Shown here piece after piece: positions 25,601 through 38,318 of a stretch of DNA of 64,000 bases. Source of the stretch: Leptogorgia sarmentosa (Eukaryota). Both the position numbers and the translations under genes were made by a program. The DNA lies in NCBI GenBank assembly GCA_964658305.1, contig OZ210885.1:15376001-15440000 (forward strand), in the 5' to 3' direction. The notes below the pieces were generated by a model that did not search any database, was not told the origin of the DNA, and saw only the letters and a list, made by a program, of their open reading frames with translations. Numbering within the stretch: the first letter of the stretch is position 1; every line of letters begins with the position of its first letter.

Positions 25601-25707
25601 AAAACAAAATGGTTGTAACGTGACTTGTCCGATGTCGTTAAGTATCTATACGCTAACATGCATTTGAGATAACTGCCTGAATCAAGTTGGGAGATTTTCT
25701 GAAGAAA
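22638..25707 (-). pseudogene. Helitron-like HUH Rep + PIF1/RecD (SF1B) helicase, 5'-truncated
   Basis: Rep motifs VFITIS, YRIEFQGRGT-AHVHLLVW (one-base frameshift near 24938) and RYVTNYISK. Helicase motifs VTGKAGTGKT, IIIDEISM, GDRYQLPP, YAITICKSQGQTL and YVALSRV. Confidence 0.85.
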
Positions 25708-28700
25708 ATCCCAACCAATACCGAGTACTCGAAGACTTGTGTCTGTTCCTTTCAGCAAATTTACCGAGTTACGAACCTTTCGTACTGGCTTGCTAACACA
25801 GCTGTATTCTATTTGGGCAACGTTCGTTCGAGGAGCTTCTTCCCCACTAAACTGCCAACATTTCACTGAGAATCCGCCCTTGGCCAGCATACATTCCGAT
25901 TCTCTGGCGAGTCCTACCGCAGACTCCAAGGTCGGTCGCGAATCGATCAGGTCATCAACATAACTAGATTTTTTCAACAACTCAGCTGCCTCGGGACTGT
26001 CTTCCTTGAACCGTTCGGCTGTCTTGTAAATGGCTTCGGTGCTGATGGCCGGTGCAGCCGTATCTCCCATGTTTACTCGTTCCATCACGAAAACATCAGG
26101 CAGTGTGCTTACATCGAGGTCACGCCACAGGAAACGATGACAGTGTTTCTCTACTTCTTTTAAGTAAACTGAATTGAACATTTTCCGAATGTCCCCAACC
26201 AACGCCACTGCTTCTTCTCACCATCGTAGCAGAACACCTATCAAGTTATTCATATAACAGTCCGGTCCTTTCGCCAAACAGGAATTCAGCGACACTCCTT
26301 TGTGGACTTGGCTCGAGTTAAATACAATGCGTACAGGCGTGGACGATGATTTAGGATTAACGACTGCCAGGTGGGATATATAGAACATCGGACCTTTCCA
26401 ATCTGAAACTTCTTGCTCGGTGAGTTTTCAGGCTACTTTGTGCTGCACCATGTCATTCATTTGCTCTTTATAGGTGTTTGTCCATTCTTTATCTTTCTGA
26501 AGAGTGCGCTCGGTCTTTGCGAGGGTGGACAGGGCTGCATGGTAATTATCAGGAAGAGTGTTTGGATCAACAATCCAAGGATACGAGGTTCGCCAGCATT
26601 TGTTTTGCTCATCGTACTCGAGATTTTCCTGAATTATTTTCAACTCTTGTTCTTCTTTGAATGAGTAGGTATGCCCTCGCACAGGACATTTTCCACATCG
26701 GCAGTTGCCGCAACGGGGGTTTGTTTCTGTGCCCATCTCTTCACCTTCAATGAACTTTCCAATATGACTTTCGTCTCTTTTGCTCGATACAGAATGCACA
26801 GTGGTACCAAATTCGCCTGGTTCTTCGTCTTCGTCAATTCCGCAGGGGTCTGGGGAGGGCATGAACTCTGGGTGCATTTCGAGTCGAACTTTGTATGTTT
26901 CAGCTTTCGATTTAACATCATGGATGATTTTAGCAAGGTTGGAATCGTGTTGAGTTCCCTCAGTCAGTTCTGGATGTGTTCCTTGAAGACAGATTCCTAA
27001 CTCGCCACTCATGACACTTAGATGCTCTCCGTACCTTGCTTCTTCCCTTTTTGGGTGCAAACGAAAGAAATCGCACCCCAGGAGGACGTCGACGCGGTTG
27101 CATTTTCTCTGGAGCGACTGGGGATCATACTCTGGAAACATCTTCTCTAGAACTTCATGATCAAGCTTATCTACTGGCCCCGTTATTTGATCCATACCAT
27201 ATGCAATTACAGTCACTTTTCTACCAGATTTCGTGCGTAGTGTAAACTCATATTGTTGGGTATGGTGCGTCTTCTCTACGTTTCCCATGGTTGTTACATC
27301 TAAAGTTATCTTGCCGAGCTTCTTGGTGCGTATCCTCTCCGCTGCACGGTGGGTAATATAGGTCGCATTTGAACCTCCGTCACAGAAAACAGATATGGAT
27401 TTATTGCTGTCACAGACGGCCGTTTGGTATATGGGATAGAGTGATAGAGAGTTACTTTGTAACACATGGGTTTCTTTCCGAGTAGTAGCTTCGTCCTTCT
27501 TCTCTTGTTGAGGTGGGGGTTGCAGGTCTTTGCGCTCACAAAGAAGCTGATGATGTTCCCTGCTCCCACATGCGCACAATTCTTTCTTTGGACAATCCTG
27601 TCATCTGTGATTGCCGAAACATTTAAAACAGGCATCGACCTGCTTTAGCAGCTCATACTTCCCGTTCTTGCCCCCAACGGGTAATTTCTGGAACTCTTTA
27701 CATTCTGCCGTGGTGTGATTAATAGCGTCTTTTCGGTGCGATGGATAAGCACACTTATAATACTTGCTGGATCCTCGTTTGTTCGCGAAATACCCATGTT
27801 GCCTTCTTCGCTCGTTCCTACGCTGTTCATTGGTCTTCCGTCTTGCCTGAGCTTCTGCTATACGAGCAACAGCTTCACGTTCACCGTCCAAGAACTTCAT
27901 AAACTCGATGAATGGGTTTAATTTTCCGCTGGGATTCATGTCTCGGTACTTACGCCTCCATTCAACCTTCAGATTACTTGGTAGTAGATCACTAATCATA
28001 TCTACGTCCCTCATAGTGAGAATATTCAACTTTCCCAACTCCTCCAGTTGACTGTACGCTGATTCGGTTTCATCAATTAATTCAACCAGCCCCTTGTTGT
28101 CTTCGTCTGCCACTGGTTTCAGCTTATGTAAATCTTCTAATGCTGCTTGAACGCTTGCTCCCACATCCTTGTAATGATTCTCCAACCTCTTCCACATAAC
28201 CTCATAAGCTAGACACGACAAACCCAAGTTCACAGAGTGTACATCTTCTTTCTTCGGCTACTAGCCACAATACTTGCTTCCACGCGTAGTTTCTAACCCG
28301 AGACTCCTTGTTCAACGATAACCGTCAGGATTTCCTTCACTAATTCTATTCAATTTCCAATTAATGGCCTCAGCAACTTTAACCTGGGCCAAGTTGGATA
28401 AATAACCCCGTCGTTTCTCTACTCCGACTTGTAATATAGTCTTCTCAATCTCTTTCGACAACGCCTTCAAGATTTCGTTCAGTAGTTTTACTCAGGGTTT
28501 GAGGTTAATTACCTCAGCGACTATTTATGCTTCGTCACCTTTACTCAGTAATAACAACTTTACTTTTATTATTAGTCTTCTCGAGAGGAGTTGTATTCAG
28601 CTTTATCGCTCCCAACGATACCCAACTCCCCCTTCGATATAACTTAATTCTTATTCAAACTTTGCGACCTCTTCTTTCTTTACTTATCTGGTCTCACACT

Positions 28701-28847
28701 GTCTCTTCGAACCCCGTGCTCGGCTTATATATCCCACCATTAACATACTAATTATCATATAACCTATTACATTATTATTAACCTACTAATTATCATATAA
28801 TCTATTACATTATTAACATAATAATAATACAGCTATTTTTTCCATCA
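25708..28847 (-). mobile_element. 3'-truncated, decayed BEL/Pao LTR retrotransposon
   Basis: 5' LTR, then gag (27601-28233, CFKCFGNH knuckle), protease VFCDGGS, CGNCRCGKC and RT (GDIRKMF, SYVDD, LRVLGIGW). Ends abruptly near 25708. Stops and frameshifts throughout. Confidence 0.85.
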
Positions 28848-29915
28848 CAGGTAGTCGTTGATGATCTTCACCTTGCTATGAGCTCGTTCACAAGAGGCAA
28901 CTGTTGCGGGAAGTGTGGCGACAATCTTCACTAGCTCATAAAGCTCAGGGTACAGGTTACTAATCAGATTTTTCCCAAAAACCTTTAAAAGAGACGGCAG
29001 GCAAAGCCATGGTGTACGTTTTTCCAACGAAGAATCACATTCACTTCTCTGTTTCGTTTTGACGAACTCTTCGTATTCATTTATCCAATCTCTAATCTCG
29101 TTGGACTTGGAGAATAAAATAAACTGATTTTCGACAACTTCACCATCAATTTCGTAAAAGATAGCCAGCTTTTTGGTGTCACCGGAATTCTCAAGATTTC
29201 GTTCAGTAGTTTTACTCAGGGTTTGAGGTTAATTACCTCAGCGACTATTTATGCTTCGTCACCTTTACTCAGTAATAACAACTTTACTTTTATTATTAGT
29301 CTTCTCGAGAGGAGTTGTATTCAGCTTTATCGCTCCCAACGATACCCAACTCCCCCTTCGATATAACTTAATTCTTATTCAAACTTTGCGACCTCTTCTT
29401 TCTTTACTTATCTGGTCTCACACTGTCTCTTCGAACCCCGTGCTTGGCTTATATATCCCACCATTAACATACTAATTATCATATAACCTATTACATTATT
29501 ATTAACCTACTAATTATCATATAATCTATTACATTATTAACATAATAATAATACAGCTATTTTTTCCATCACAGGTAGTCGTTGATGATCTTCACCTTGC
29601 TATGAGCTCGTTCACAAGGAGGCAACTGTTGCGGGAAGTGTGGCGACAATCTTCACTAGCTCATAAAGCTCAGGGTTCAGGTTACTAATCAGATTTTTCC
29701 CAAAAACCTTTAAAAGAGACGGCAGGCAAAGCCATGGTGTACGTTTTTCCAACGAAGAATCACATTCACTTCTCTGTTTCGTTTTGACGAACTCTTCGTA
29801 TTCATTTATCCAATCTCTAATCTCGTTGGACTTGGAGAATAAAATAAACTGATTTTCGACAACTTCACCATCAATTTCGTACAAGATAGCCAGCTTTTTG
29901 GTGTCACCGGAATTC
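28467..29915 (+). repeat. Near-identical 724-bp tandem duplication (28467-29190 / 29191-29915)
   Basis: Identical ORF translations at 28527 and 29251. The unit spans the BEL 5' end and the hAT C-terminal coding region. TC microhomology at the junction. Confidence 0.95.
28528..28847 (-). repeat. Putative 5' LTR (TG...CA, 320 bp) of the truncated BEL; second copy at 29252-29571
   Basis: Starts TGATGG directly after hAT codons KIINDYL, contains TATATAA and AATAAA, ends GAAGCA. Confidence 0.65.
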
Positions 29916-31767
29916 TCTTCTTTGAAATTTCTAGGGTGGAAGACGTTGGACAGAGACAAAACTGTGCAAGCTTTTGACGAGAATCGTTTTTCAAGTTCAT
30001 TGACCGGTCCAGAAAGGGAAAGAAAAACTGACGCTTAAACAGATCTTTATTACGGTCAACGACAGGTGTTCCTTCTCGAACTACTGTAGCGTCTTGATCC
30101 AAAAAACTGTGCGCCGACGCTTTGGCCGATTTAAATCTTGGTCATCAAAGTCCTCCACGACCAGTTGCTTATCCGTGCAATATACTTGGGCTTCTCGTAA
30201 AAATTCGTTCATCTTCTCTTCGTTCCTAAGGGATGACAGCTGATCTTTAAGAGATTGCACGCCGGATACTGCAGAGACCAAGTCCATGTTTTGATGCTGG
30301 AGATATTCAGAAACTGACTTGCTAAGACCGAAACACTTCTTCAAAACTAAACAGGATACAACAAACTTCAACTTTTGTAGACGCACGAGCAGGCCTTCAG
30401 CAGCTGACTCCCCTTCTCCTGATATTTTTTTCAACATTGAGATAATAGCCGGCAAAGTGTTCACAACAACATGTAAATTGTCTGATCTGGCTGCCCATCT
30501 TGTGTCTGAAAGCGAATGCAACGCCTGTTTTCCCTTTTTTATGCCATGAATACGCAACTGCTCTTCATAAACTGCGTGCCGCTTGGGGGATCCCTTGAGA
30601 TAATGATATATCGCGCCAATAGTATCAAAAACATCACTCACTGAAGGCACATTACTGACGCTCTTCTCTAACACAAGGTTTAGTCTGTGTGCAAAACAGT
30701 GAAAATACACAGACTTGTCAGCACCAGCTGCAGTGAGATGTTGCTGTACACCCTCGTCCTTGCCTGACATGTTGCTGGCTCCGTCAAAACCTTTCCCAAC
30801 TAAGTTACCGATAGGTAAGTTCATGTTTGCGAGAATAGTGATGATAACCTCTGCAAGGCTTTTCCCTGTCAAACTAGTCACACGCTCCAGCTTCACGCAC
30901 CTTTCAAAAATGGTAAAATCATACACATACCGTAGAACCATACTCATAAATGCTCGTTTGTGCGATGTAACTTTGTCGCATTCAATTGAAAAATACGACA
31001 AATTCTCCGGATGGCTTTTCATCCAACGTTCCAACAGCTTATCGAATTTGGCTACGAATGTCAGCTCTTCAAGGAAGTTTCCACGATTGGCTGAATTTTC
31101 TCCTTCCTCACGCCCACGGAAAGCGCAGTTTTGCTTCGCCAAATGTCGGACAACGTCAAAAATTGTCTGAACCACCTGACGATTTTCTTCTCTTTCTTTT
31201 TCTTTCCTTGCCTTTGTTGCTTCCGCTATTCCAACAAGTTGAACGTCGATGGGTTGATTGATACTCAAAAAACTGTGCATACGTTCCTGCGACAAAATAT
31301 ACATCCGTGTTTTGGCATGTTTTGCGAGTTTTGCACTTTCGCCAGTAGCTTTCTTCCATGAGCGAAAGCCTGTCTTCGTAAACGTTTCCTCTGAGCTTCC
31401 AACTAAAAGTTTTACCAGCATTGTGTAACTATGTTTTCCGTCAGGAAATGTCAGTTTAAAATAATTAAACACTATTTTTCACAACTACTTAATTTATTCA
31501 ATGCAACAGAAATTAAAATTAAAACCCAATTATCCTACCAAGTGTCCCGAAGCATCTGTAGTAAAAACAAAACGCCGCATCTTTCTGCCGTGAATACTCA
31601 AGCCATGAAAATATATCATACCAACGGGCCTGGAACTTAAAGTTTCGTCTTGATTGTGTTGATTCAGGAAACTCGATAACTGGCCTTATTGGACCTAACA
31701 CCTTTACCACCAAAGTTCTATTAGCTTCGTTTACAATCTCAGTGGAAGGATCCCGGACTTCCATCAC
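29572..31767 (-). pseudogene. hAT transposase (ZMYM1-like: TTF-type zinc finger, DUF4371-like core, dimerisation domain)
   Basis: Motifs WLEYSRQKDAAFCF, GFRSWKKA, RGNFLE, GFDGASNMSG, HCFAHRLNL, DTRWAAR and ASCERAHS. Frameshifted and cut by the BEL insertion. Confidence 0.88.
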
Positions 31768-32038
31768 ATGTCAATTACTTAATTATGATACATACATGTT
31801 TTATTCATATGATGATTCACTGATATTCACTTTTATTCAGTTATGAGTCTGCATAGAGACTAGCAAGTGTAAAGACATTCGCCAATACTTCATGTTAAAT
31901 TCATTCTAAGCATTGATGACAAGCGTGGTTATTCTGGGTATTTTCCTCAGCGGATATTGATGTTATAAAACCTGTTACCTTTCAGATAATGTGACAGGAA
32001 CATTTAAAGTCACAGCGCCCCCCCCCCCCCTCCTCCTC

Positions 32039-33078
32039 TCATCGGATTCGGGAGAATCTCATGAGCGATATTGAGGGGAACTGGCGACGCCCCTGGGGTC
32101 CAACATGGATCACTTGGCAAATGTCTGGTATATCCACCCCCATCCCAATTGCTACCATTGCAAAGACCACACGAACTTTGCTTTTTCCAGAACAGAGCTG
32201 CTTCAGGATTTCTTCCTTCATCTGACTTGTTTGAGGAGAATGGAACTGTGCAAACAGCCTATTTGCTGGAATTGAAGTTGCACCAGGAGGGAAATATTGC
32301 TCAATGCCAAGAACATGCTCAAACAGCTTTTATGCAAAACCACACAAACGTAATGGAATGTATATTATGGTGAGAGGGTATGCAATCTTTTGCTGTAAGA
32401 GACTACTGGTAATTGGCATAAGGATAGATTTCATGGCATCAACATCGTGACTTGTTTGAAATACTTTTTTGTAATGAATATTTTTCCTGTCAGGATTTCC
32501 AATGATGGTCTTGCACTTCTTTAATCCTAAGGAATCTTGTATACATTGAATGTCAAGATGAGAAGCAGTTGCAGCCATTGCCAAAACAGGTACATCTGGG
32601 AATAGGGCGTGAAGTCACTTCCCCTAAAAGGAAACACCAATTAAAATACCATATTAAAGATGCATAGGTAACACTGAGTGCTCTGTGACTGAATGAATGG
32701 GATAAGACAAACAAGATAGATTTGGTATAAATAATATAGTATGCCATCATACTCAAGCGATATACTTGGTCACTCATTAAAGAGTTCAATGGCGAAACAA
32801 CGATGATAATGGACTCCACTACTGCTGTAGAAATACCTCTTGATCTCCATGAAAGAAGTAAATCGCCACGCAATTTAAACTTGGCGAACAACAACATTGG
32901 CAACAGATGAAAAATCAGTGACTTCCCGTAACCTGTTGGCAGAACACACATCACATCATTTTCAAGATATACGTTCTCAAGACAAATTACCTGCTTTGCT
33001 TTTAATATAATGTTTTGGTTTACACTGTTAAAGACCACAAATTCTAAGCAAGACAGAAATGCGATGTAGTCTAACATG
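32039..33078 (-). pseudogene. RecQ-like SF2 helicase remnant, probably from an AcademH element
   Basis: Fragments VLPTGYGKSLIF, IVVSPLNSLMSDQ, AMAATA, GNPDRKNI and IGMGVDIPD..VIHVG. Confidence 0.72.
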
Positions 33079-33199
33079 GCCAATATCGCCTGAGAGAAAG
33101 CACACACTGGAGAAAGCAAGTGAAGTGAAATGGAAGCATGTAATATGATACTTTACCCACACCCCCTAAGGCAATGAAATATTGAGAAATCACATGACC

Positions 33200-33260
33200 A
33201 GCCCCGACCAGGGTCTTTCCTCTGCGGCGAGCGAGGATCAAGACCCTGGGTACAAGGTTG
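33200..33260 (-). mobile_element. Probable terminus of the helicase-bearing element (CAACCTTGTACCCAGGGTC...)
   Basis: About 180 bp upstream of the helicase start, with an internal inverted repeat CCAGGGTCTT/AAGACCCTGG. Resembles ends I associate with AcademH derivatives. Opposite end not found. Confidence 0.4.
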
Positions 33261-34307
33261 AGCAATGAGGTGATTCAGGAATCGATCAAGTAAATTCTGA
33301 ATATCCATCAGGCAGAAGAATGGCCTGATCTACAGCATATGAAAATTTCCATATGGCAATTTTATTTTGTTGTTACTGCTAGGTGTTTATGTGCTAGGAA
33401 TTTCTTGCTCGAAAAATTTTGGTTGACATGTTGCAAAATATCTACACTCAGTGTGGAACTCTATTACAACCCAAATGTTTAGATACATTGTAAAGATATG
33501 TCCTCTTCATAAATAAAAATGTTTGGGTTTTTTTTCAGATATTGTCAAAGTTCAACCTGTTCCTAAGTAGTTTAGTGGAATAGAAAAGGTAAAAGGAACC
33601 AATGATTTATTAGCTACAATTATGCTGCAGCAGGAAATTCGCAGAGAGGAAGAATGGCATAAGGAACAACTTCAAAGAGTAGGTAGGTAGGTAGGTAGGC
33701 AGCTTTTTTATTAGAAGAAATTTCACAGGCCTGCAGCACATGCATGCCAATTTAGAATTATTGAACACATATTGAATATTGTATTACTAACACATCATTG
33801 AGCAGGGTATAATAAGGAATTGAAAATTCAGGAACGACAGAGGCGAGCCATAGTCAAATCTAGCTCTCTAATATGAGGTGCCATCACCGCCAAAATTCAG
33901 GCCAATTAATTTAGGAAATGGTGAGGTAAATTTAGAATATGGTGGTTTAGATTCATAAAACGATGTTTCACTTTATTAAAATTCTGAACTCTTTTTTTAA
34001 AATGGTGGCTTTATGGTTCAAAATGGCGAAAAGATTTTTGAAATTATGCTTTTCATTCTCTAAAATTGTAATCTTCGTGTAAAAAATGATACCTATGCTT
34101 TTGAAAATGGAGAGAAGAAATTTGAAAATGGTGGGACAAATTTGTTAAAATTATTTTTAAATGCATCACTTAACTGTTGAAAATGCACCATTTTATCAGG
34201 TTTGAAAATGAAGCATTTCATTTTTTTAATATGGTGACTTTTTTATGCAGAGGTCTGGGAACTAGTCTAGAAGGTACTCGGAACCCGGGGGTCCATATCA
34301 AACCAAG

Positions 34308-35724
34308 ATGGCGGACAATTACCAAGAACTTTTGACGTTGACGATTGTGAGGATTGAGAATGTTCATTCCAATCTAATAAGTCGTTCAGTAGAGGTAGAT
34401 GACATTCTCGAAGATGTAGAACAAATTTTTGAAGCTCTTAATACTTTGGATTCTGTGGCGAGACTGTCAGAAGATATTTTTCATGACATTTTGTCTGCGA
34501 AGAGAATACTTGAAAACGTCTCAAAGTCCTATTCAAGGACCCCAAGAGTATTCAGTGGTGCAAGTGGACGGCCATCATATGATTTAGGACAAGACCAGCT
34601 CCAGGCACTGTTAGATGTCGGCTTTAGTGTGGGTCAAATCGCCGAACTGCTTCAAGTCTCGAAGAGGACAGTTGAACGTCGTCTTATGGAATTCGGAATA
34701 TCAGCTAAATGTTATTGCGATATTACTGATGATGAGCTGGATGGCCAAGTTCGGGAAATAAAACTGTTCTATCCCAATATTGGTTCGAAGAACCTTGTCG
34801 GTCACCTTGTCGCTCGCAACATTAAAATTCCAAGGCAACGAGTCAGAGATTCCCTACAACGGGTTGACCCTCTTGGTGTTGCCGCAAGGAAGTGCAGATC
34901 CATTCACCGTTGTGTCTATTGTGTTTCTCGACCCTTGGCGTTATGGCATTTCGATGGCAACCACAAACTCATTAGATGGCGATTAGTAGTCCATGGTTGT
35001 GTAGATGGGTTCAGTCGAATCCCTGTATACTTAACTTGCCACACAAACAACAAAGCTTCCACTGTGTATCAGAGCTTTTTGGGTGCTGTCTCTTATTGGG
35101 GTTTACCTTCTAGAGTTCGCTGTGATAGGGGAGGTGAAAAACATAGATGTAGTTGAGTACATGTTACTTAGAAGAGGCACTGATAGAGGTTCGGCACTAG
35201 TTGGTAGAAGTGTACATAACCAACGCATAGAACGTCTGTGGAGAGATGTATATACTGATGTGTTGGACACTTTTTATTCAATATTTATGTCGATGGAAGA
35301 TATTGGGATACTGGATCCGATTAGTGAATTTGATTTATGGTCCTTGCATTACTGTTTCTGTGATGTCATCAATGAAAAGTTAAAGTCTTGGGTGAATGCC
35401 TGGATAAGACATCCATTAAGTAGTGAACAAAATCAAACTCCGTTACAATTGTGGGTGAGAGGTCAATTTGAAAATTCGGAACGTCTTAATTTGGATCAGA
35501 CCATGGTACCAGATGATTATGGTATTGATTGGGATGGTCCTGCAAGTGCCGACACTGATACTGAAGATCATGTTGATGTGGCAGACACCAATTGTCCATT
35601 GCCCCAAGATCAGTTAAATCAACTTGCTACCATGTTTCACCAAAACTGTCCACAAAACCCCAGTCCTTGGGAATGTGTAAGAATGTATCAACTTATCAAA
35701 AATTTTACATTGCAACAATCTTGA
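34308..35724 (+). pseudogene. IS3EU DDE transposase of element B (one frameshift near 35140)
   Basis: [16 protein letters not shown] and HNQRIERLW across ORFs 34308-35156 and 35083-35724. Clear homologue of the A transposase. Confidence 0.9.
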
Positions 35725-36053
35725 TCTGTACTGTTAATATTTAATTGTTACATCTTATAATGTTCATTATAATATTAATGATCATTATAATATTAATTAA
35801 TTAATTATAATATTAATGATCATTGTAATATTATAATGATCATTATAATGATCTGTACTGTTAATATTTAATTCAAACCAAACTAAAAGCCAAACTAAAA
35901 TTCAAACAGTATGAAGTCTTTTGCTTCAGGGCAATGTAACTAAAAGTAAATAAAATGTCTTTTCCTTAACAAAACTAACTTGATAAAACACCTTAGTAAC
36001 ACTTTCTTTCTGCAAATTCTTTGGTCTTCTACCTCAACAAGTGTTTCTACTTT

Positions 36054-38318
36054 CTATCCTTTGCCAAAACCGTGGCAATCAAGAAGAGCCTCTTTCATGA
36101 ATTCCAAGAACTCAGATGGATCTTCAAATCCCCTTGGAAATATAACCCGCAAGTGGAGGCATATGGACGGCGACGAACATCACCGTCAAAATCATAAAAC
36201 TCAATCGTGATTAATTTGTGAAAACCAAGAGGAGGCACGCAATCGCTAGCAGTGATAAAAACAAGAAGGTCTTCGAGTGATAACCCAGTAACTTCTCCTT
36301 CTTCGAGATCCTGCAGAGATATTTCGAAACAGTAAATGGTACTGTTTTCTTTGTCCCTCTTATTTGATCCTTCTTCCGAACGAATTAGTTCATAGAGTGA
36401 CATGAACTTTGCTTTGGTTAAACGAGGATGATGATTACCGAGAATTGCATCAAACAGTGCTTTGTGGCTCATTATCATATCTCCAAGATTACCAATGCTG
36501 TTCAGTCCTTGAAAAAACTGGGAAACTTCAGCATGAACGCCATACACGAACCATTGCTTCAACAGTGATTCAACCATTTCATGTCTGTCTGATAGCTTGC
36601 AAATATATACCTTCGGATAGCCATATTGTGCGATCTTGTCACCATGTTTGCTTACCAATGCAGAAAAACATTCTTCTGTTGAGCATTTAACAGCTTCGGT
36701 AATGATTTCTTTCATTTCATCATCTGCAATTGAATCAAGAGCAACTTTATGGTTAACTGGTACACCTCTGTGGAAATCGTACCCAATTTTCGATAAGCAA
36801 CGCGGACCACTTCCTCCATGTAATATACTCTATGCGACAAGCTTTCCAGCTAATTGGTATCTGTTACTTTCCAGAAGACCAAGGTCATGTGAGAACCAGG
36901 AACCATGGAAAATCGACGACTCACTAATGTTACGCATCAAAAGCCTAAAGAATTTGCGTTTTGGTCCTCCATCGTCAACTGCCTCTTCTCCCGCAAAGGT
37001 GACAAAGACTGGTTTACAAAAGGAGAACTTCTTTCTCTCTATGGCCCGCTGCGTTGAGCTAAAAACCGCCTTTCGACTAATAGTAATGTTGGCATTTGTT
37101 TCAGATTCACTCAGATCTATATTATTGGCCTGAAATGAAGTCAGAAGGGATTTCATGGCAGCTTCATTTATAGAGGTATTGTTCGTTTGTTCCTCGAGAT
37201 CAGTTAGGCTTGCTTCAATTGCTTTAAGGAGTTGTGGGTCTTCGTTTTCATCACTTAATTCGTCGTCTATCAGCGAAATATATGTTTCATATTCGACTGT
37301 ACTGCTTTGATTGACATACTGTTGAGCCTGGATGTCACATGTAGGCAAAGGTGGATCAGATAACGAATCACTTCGAAAAGTGTTATCAGCAGGCGGACCA
37401 AATGCAGGAATTTCCAGCACACTGTCATTAATATCACTTACTGCGTCTAAATATTGTCAATAATTAATAATCAATCAATAAAAAATTTGTGTTTTTTTAA
37501 ATACAATATTATTCAGAGAAAATCTGCCAACATACCTTCTTTATCCTGGGTACAAATTTCATGGTGGTCCCTTAAACAAACCAAGTCAATCATAGCATGG
37601 CAATTCCTACATTCTTCTTGACGAGTGACAACTGGTGACGTGTCTTCATTCAGTGACAGGTCTTGCTGAATTGGTCTAATGTATATTTTCCCTTGACCAA
37701 TAAATGAGGCAAGATATTTTGTAGATAAACCATCTGGACCAGGTGGGATAACTAGTAAATCTCTGCTTCTAGTTTCAGCATACATCAATTCAAATCCACC
37801 ATTTTCTTCCAACTTAGGGAACGTCTCGATTAACAGATCGCGTACATTGTTTTCGTTAGCATCCTCAGGAATGGCCACTTTTACCTCCCCAAGACCTGCG
37901 ACCAGAAGATTCCTTTGTTCTTCTCTGTCTGGGGCTTCTAGCTGTTCTTTGTCTGCCAAGCAAACGAACTTTCTCGTGAGGGATTTTGCTTTAAGCTTAC
38001 CGGTACTTGTGCCATTCTCTTTCGTTTCCTGGAATTCGAACAATTTCTATTTCTGCTTACTGTTCTAGAAGTTGAAGTAAAATGGTGTGGAAATAATGTT
38101 TGTAATTCACTGTAACTTCTGGAAGTGCTTGCAGTAGACGGGGAGCTTGAAATATTCGCTTGAGTTCGTGTTGATGTTGTAGTCGCATCCGTAGTCGACC
38201 TGTTTTCGGTCACAGGATGAACAGGTGTATTGCTAGTGCCACTATCCAGTGGCGAACTGCGTAATCGCGACGCCAGTTCTGAAAATATACGTGCTGTATT
38301 CGATAATTCATCGGCCAT
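36054..38318 (-). pseudogene. HECT-type E3 ligase cargo of IS3EU-B
   Basis: Start MADELSN. Ubiquitin-like domain (KFVCLADK..GLGEVKV..FPKL..GGFELM..KIYIRPIQ), CRNC..DHHEIC, UIM-like EDPQLLKAIEASL, EEAVDDGGP, PYASTCG. Nonsense codon at 36830 and frameshifts. Homologous to the A cargo. Confidence 0.85.

Noticed and set aside
24895..26208. Novel reverse transcriptase-Rep fusion protein (437 aa)
   Set aside because: A chance in-frame join near 25708 between a truncated BEL RT and a 5'-truncated Rep-helicase. Both halves are incomplete and flanked by stops or frameshifts.
28528..29571. Small two-LTR element (TRIM) that captured a hAT fragment
   Set aside because: The repeat extends beyond the LTR on both sides as a simple 724-bp tandem duplication. 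No TSD or PPT supports an independent element.
33540..33865. Possible exon fragments (..IRREEEWHKEQLQR)
   Set aside because: Too short and fragmented to assign to any family.
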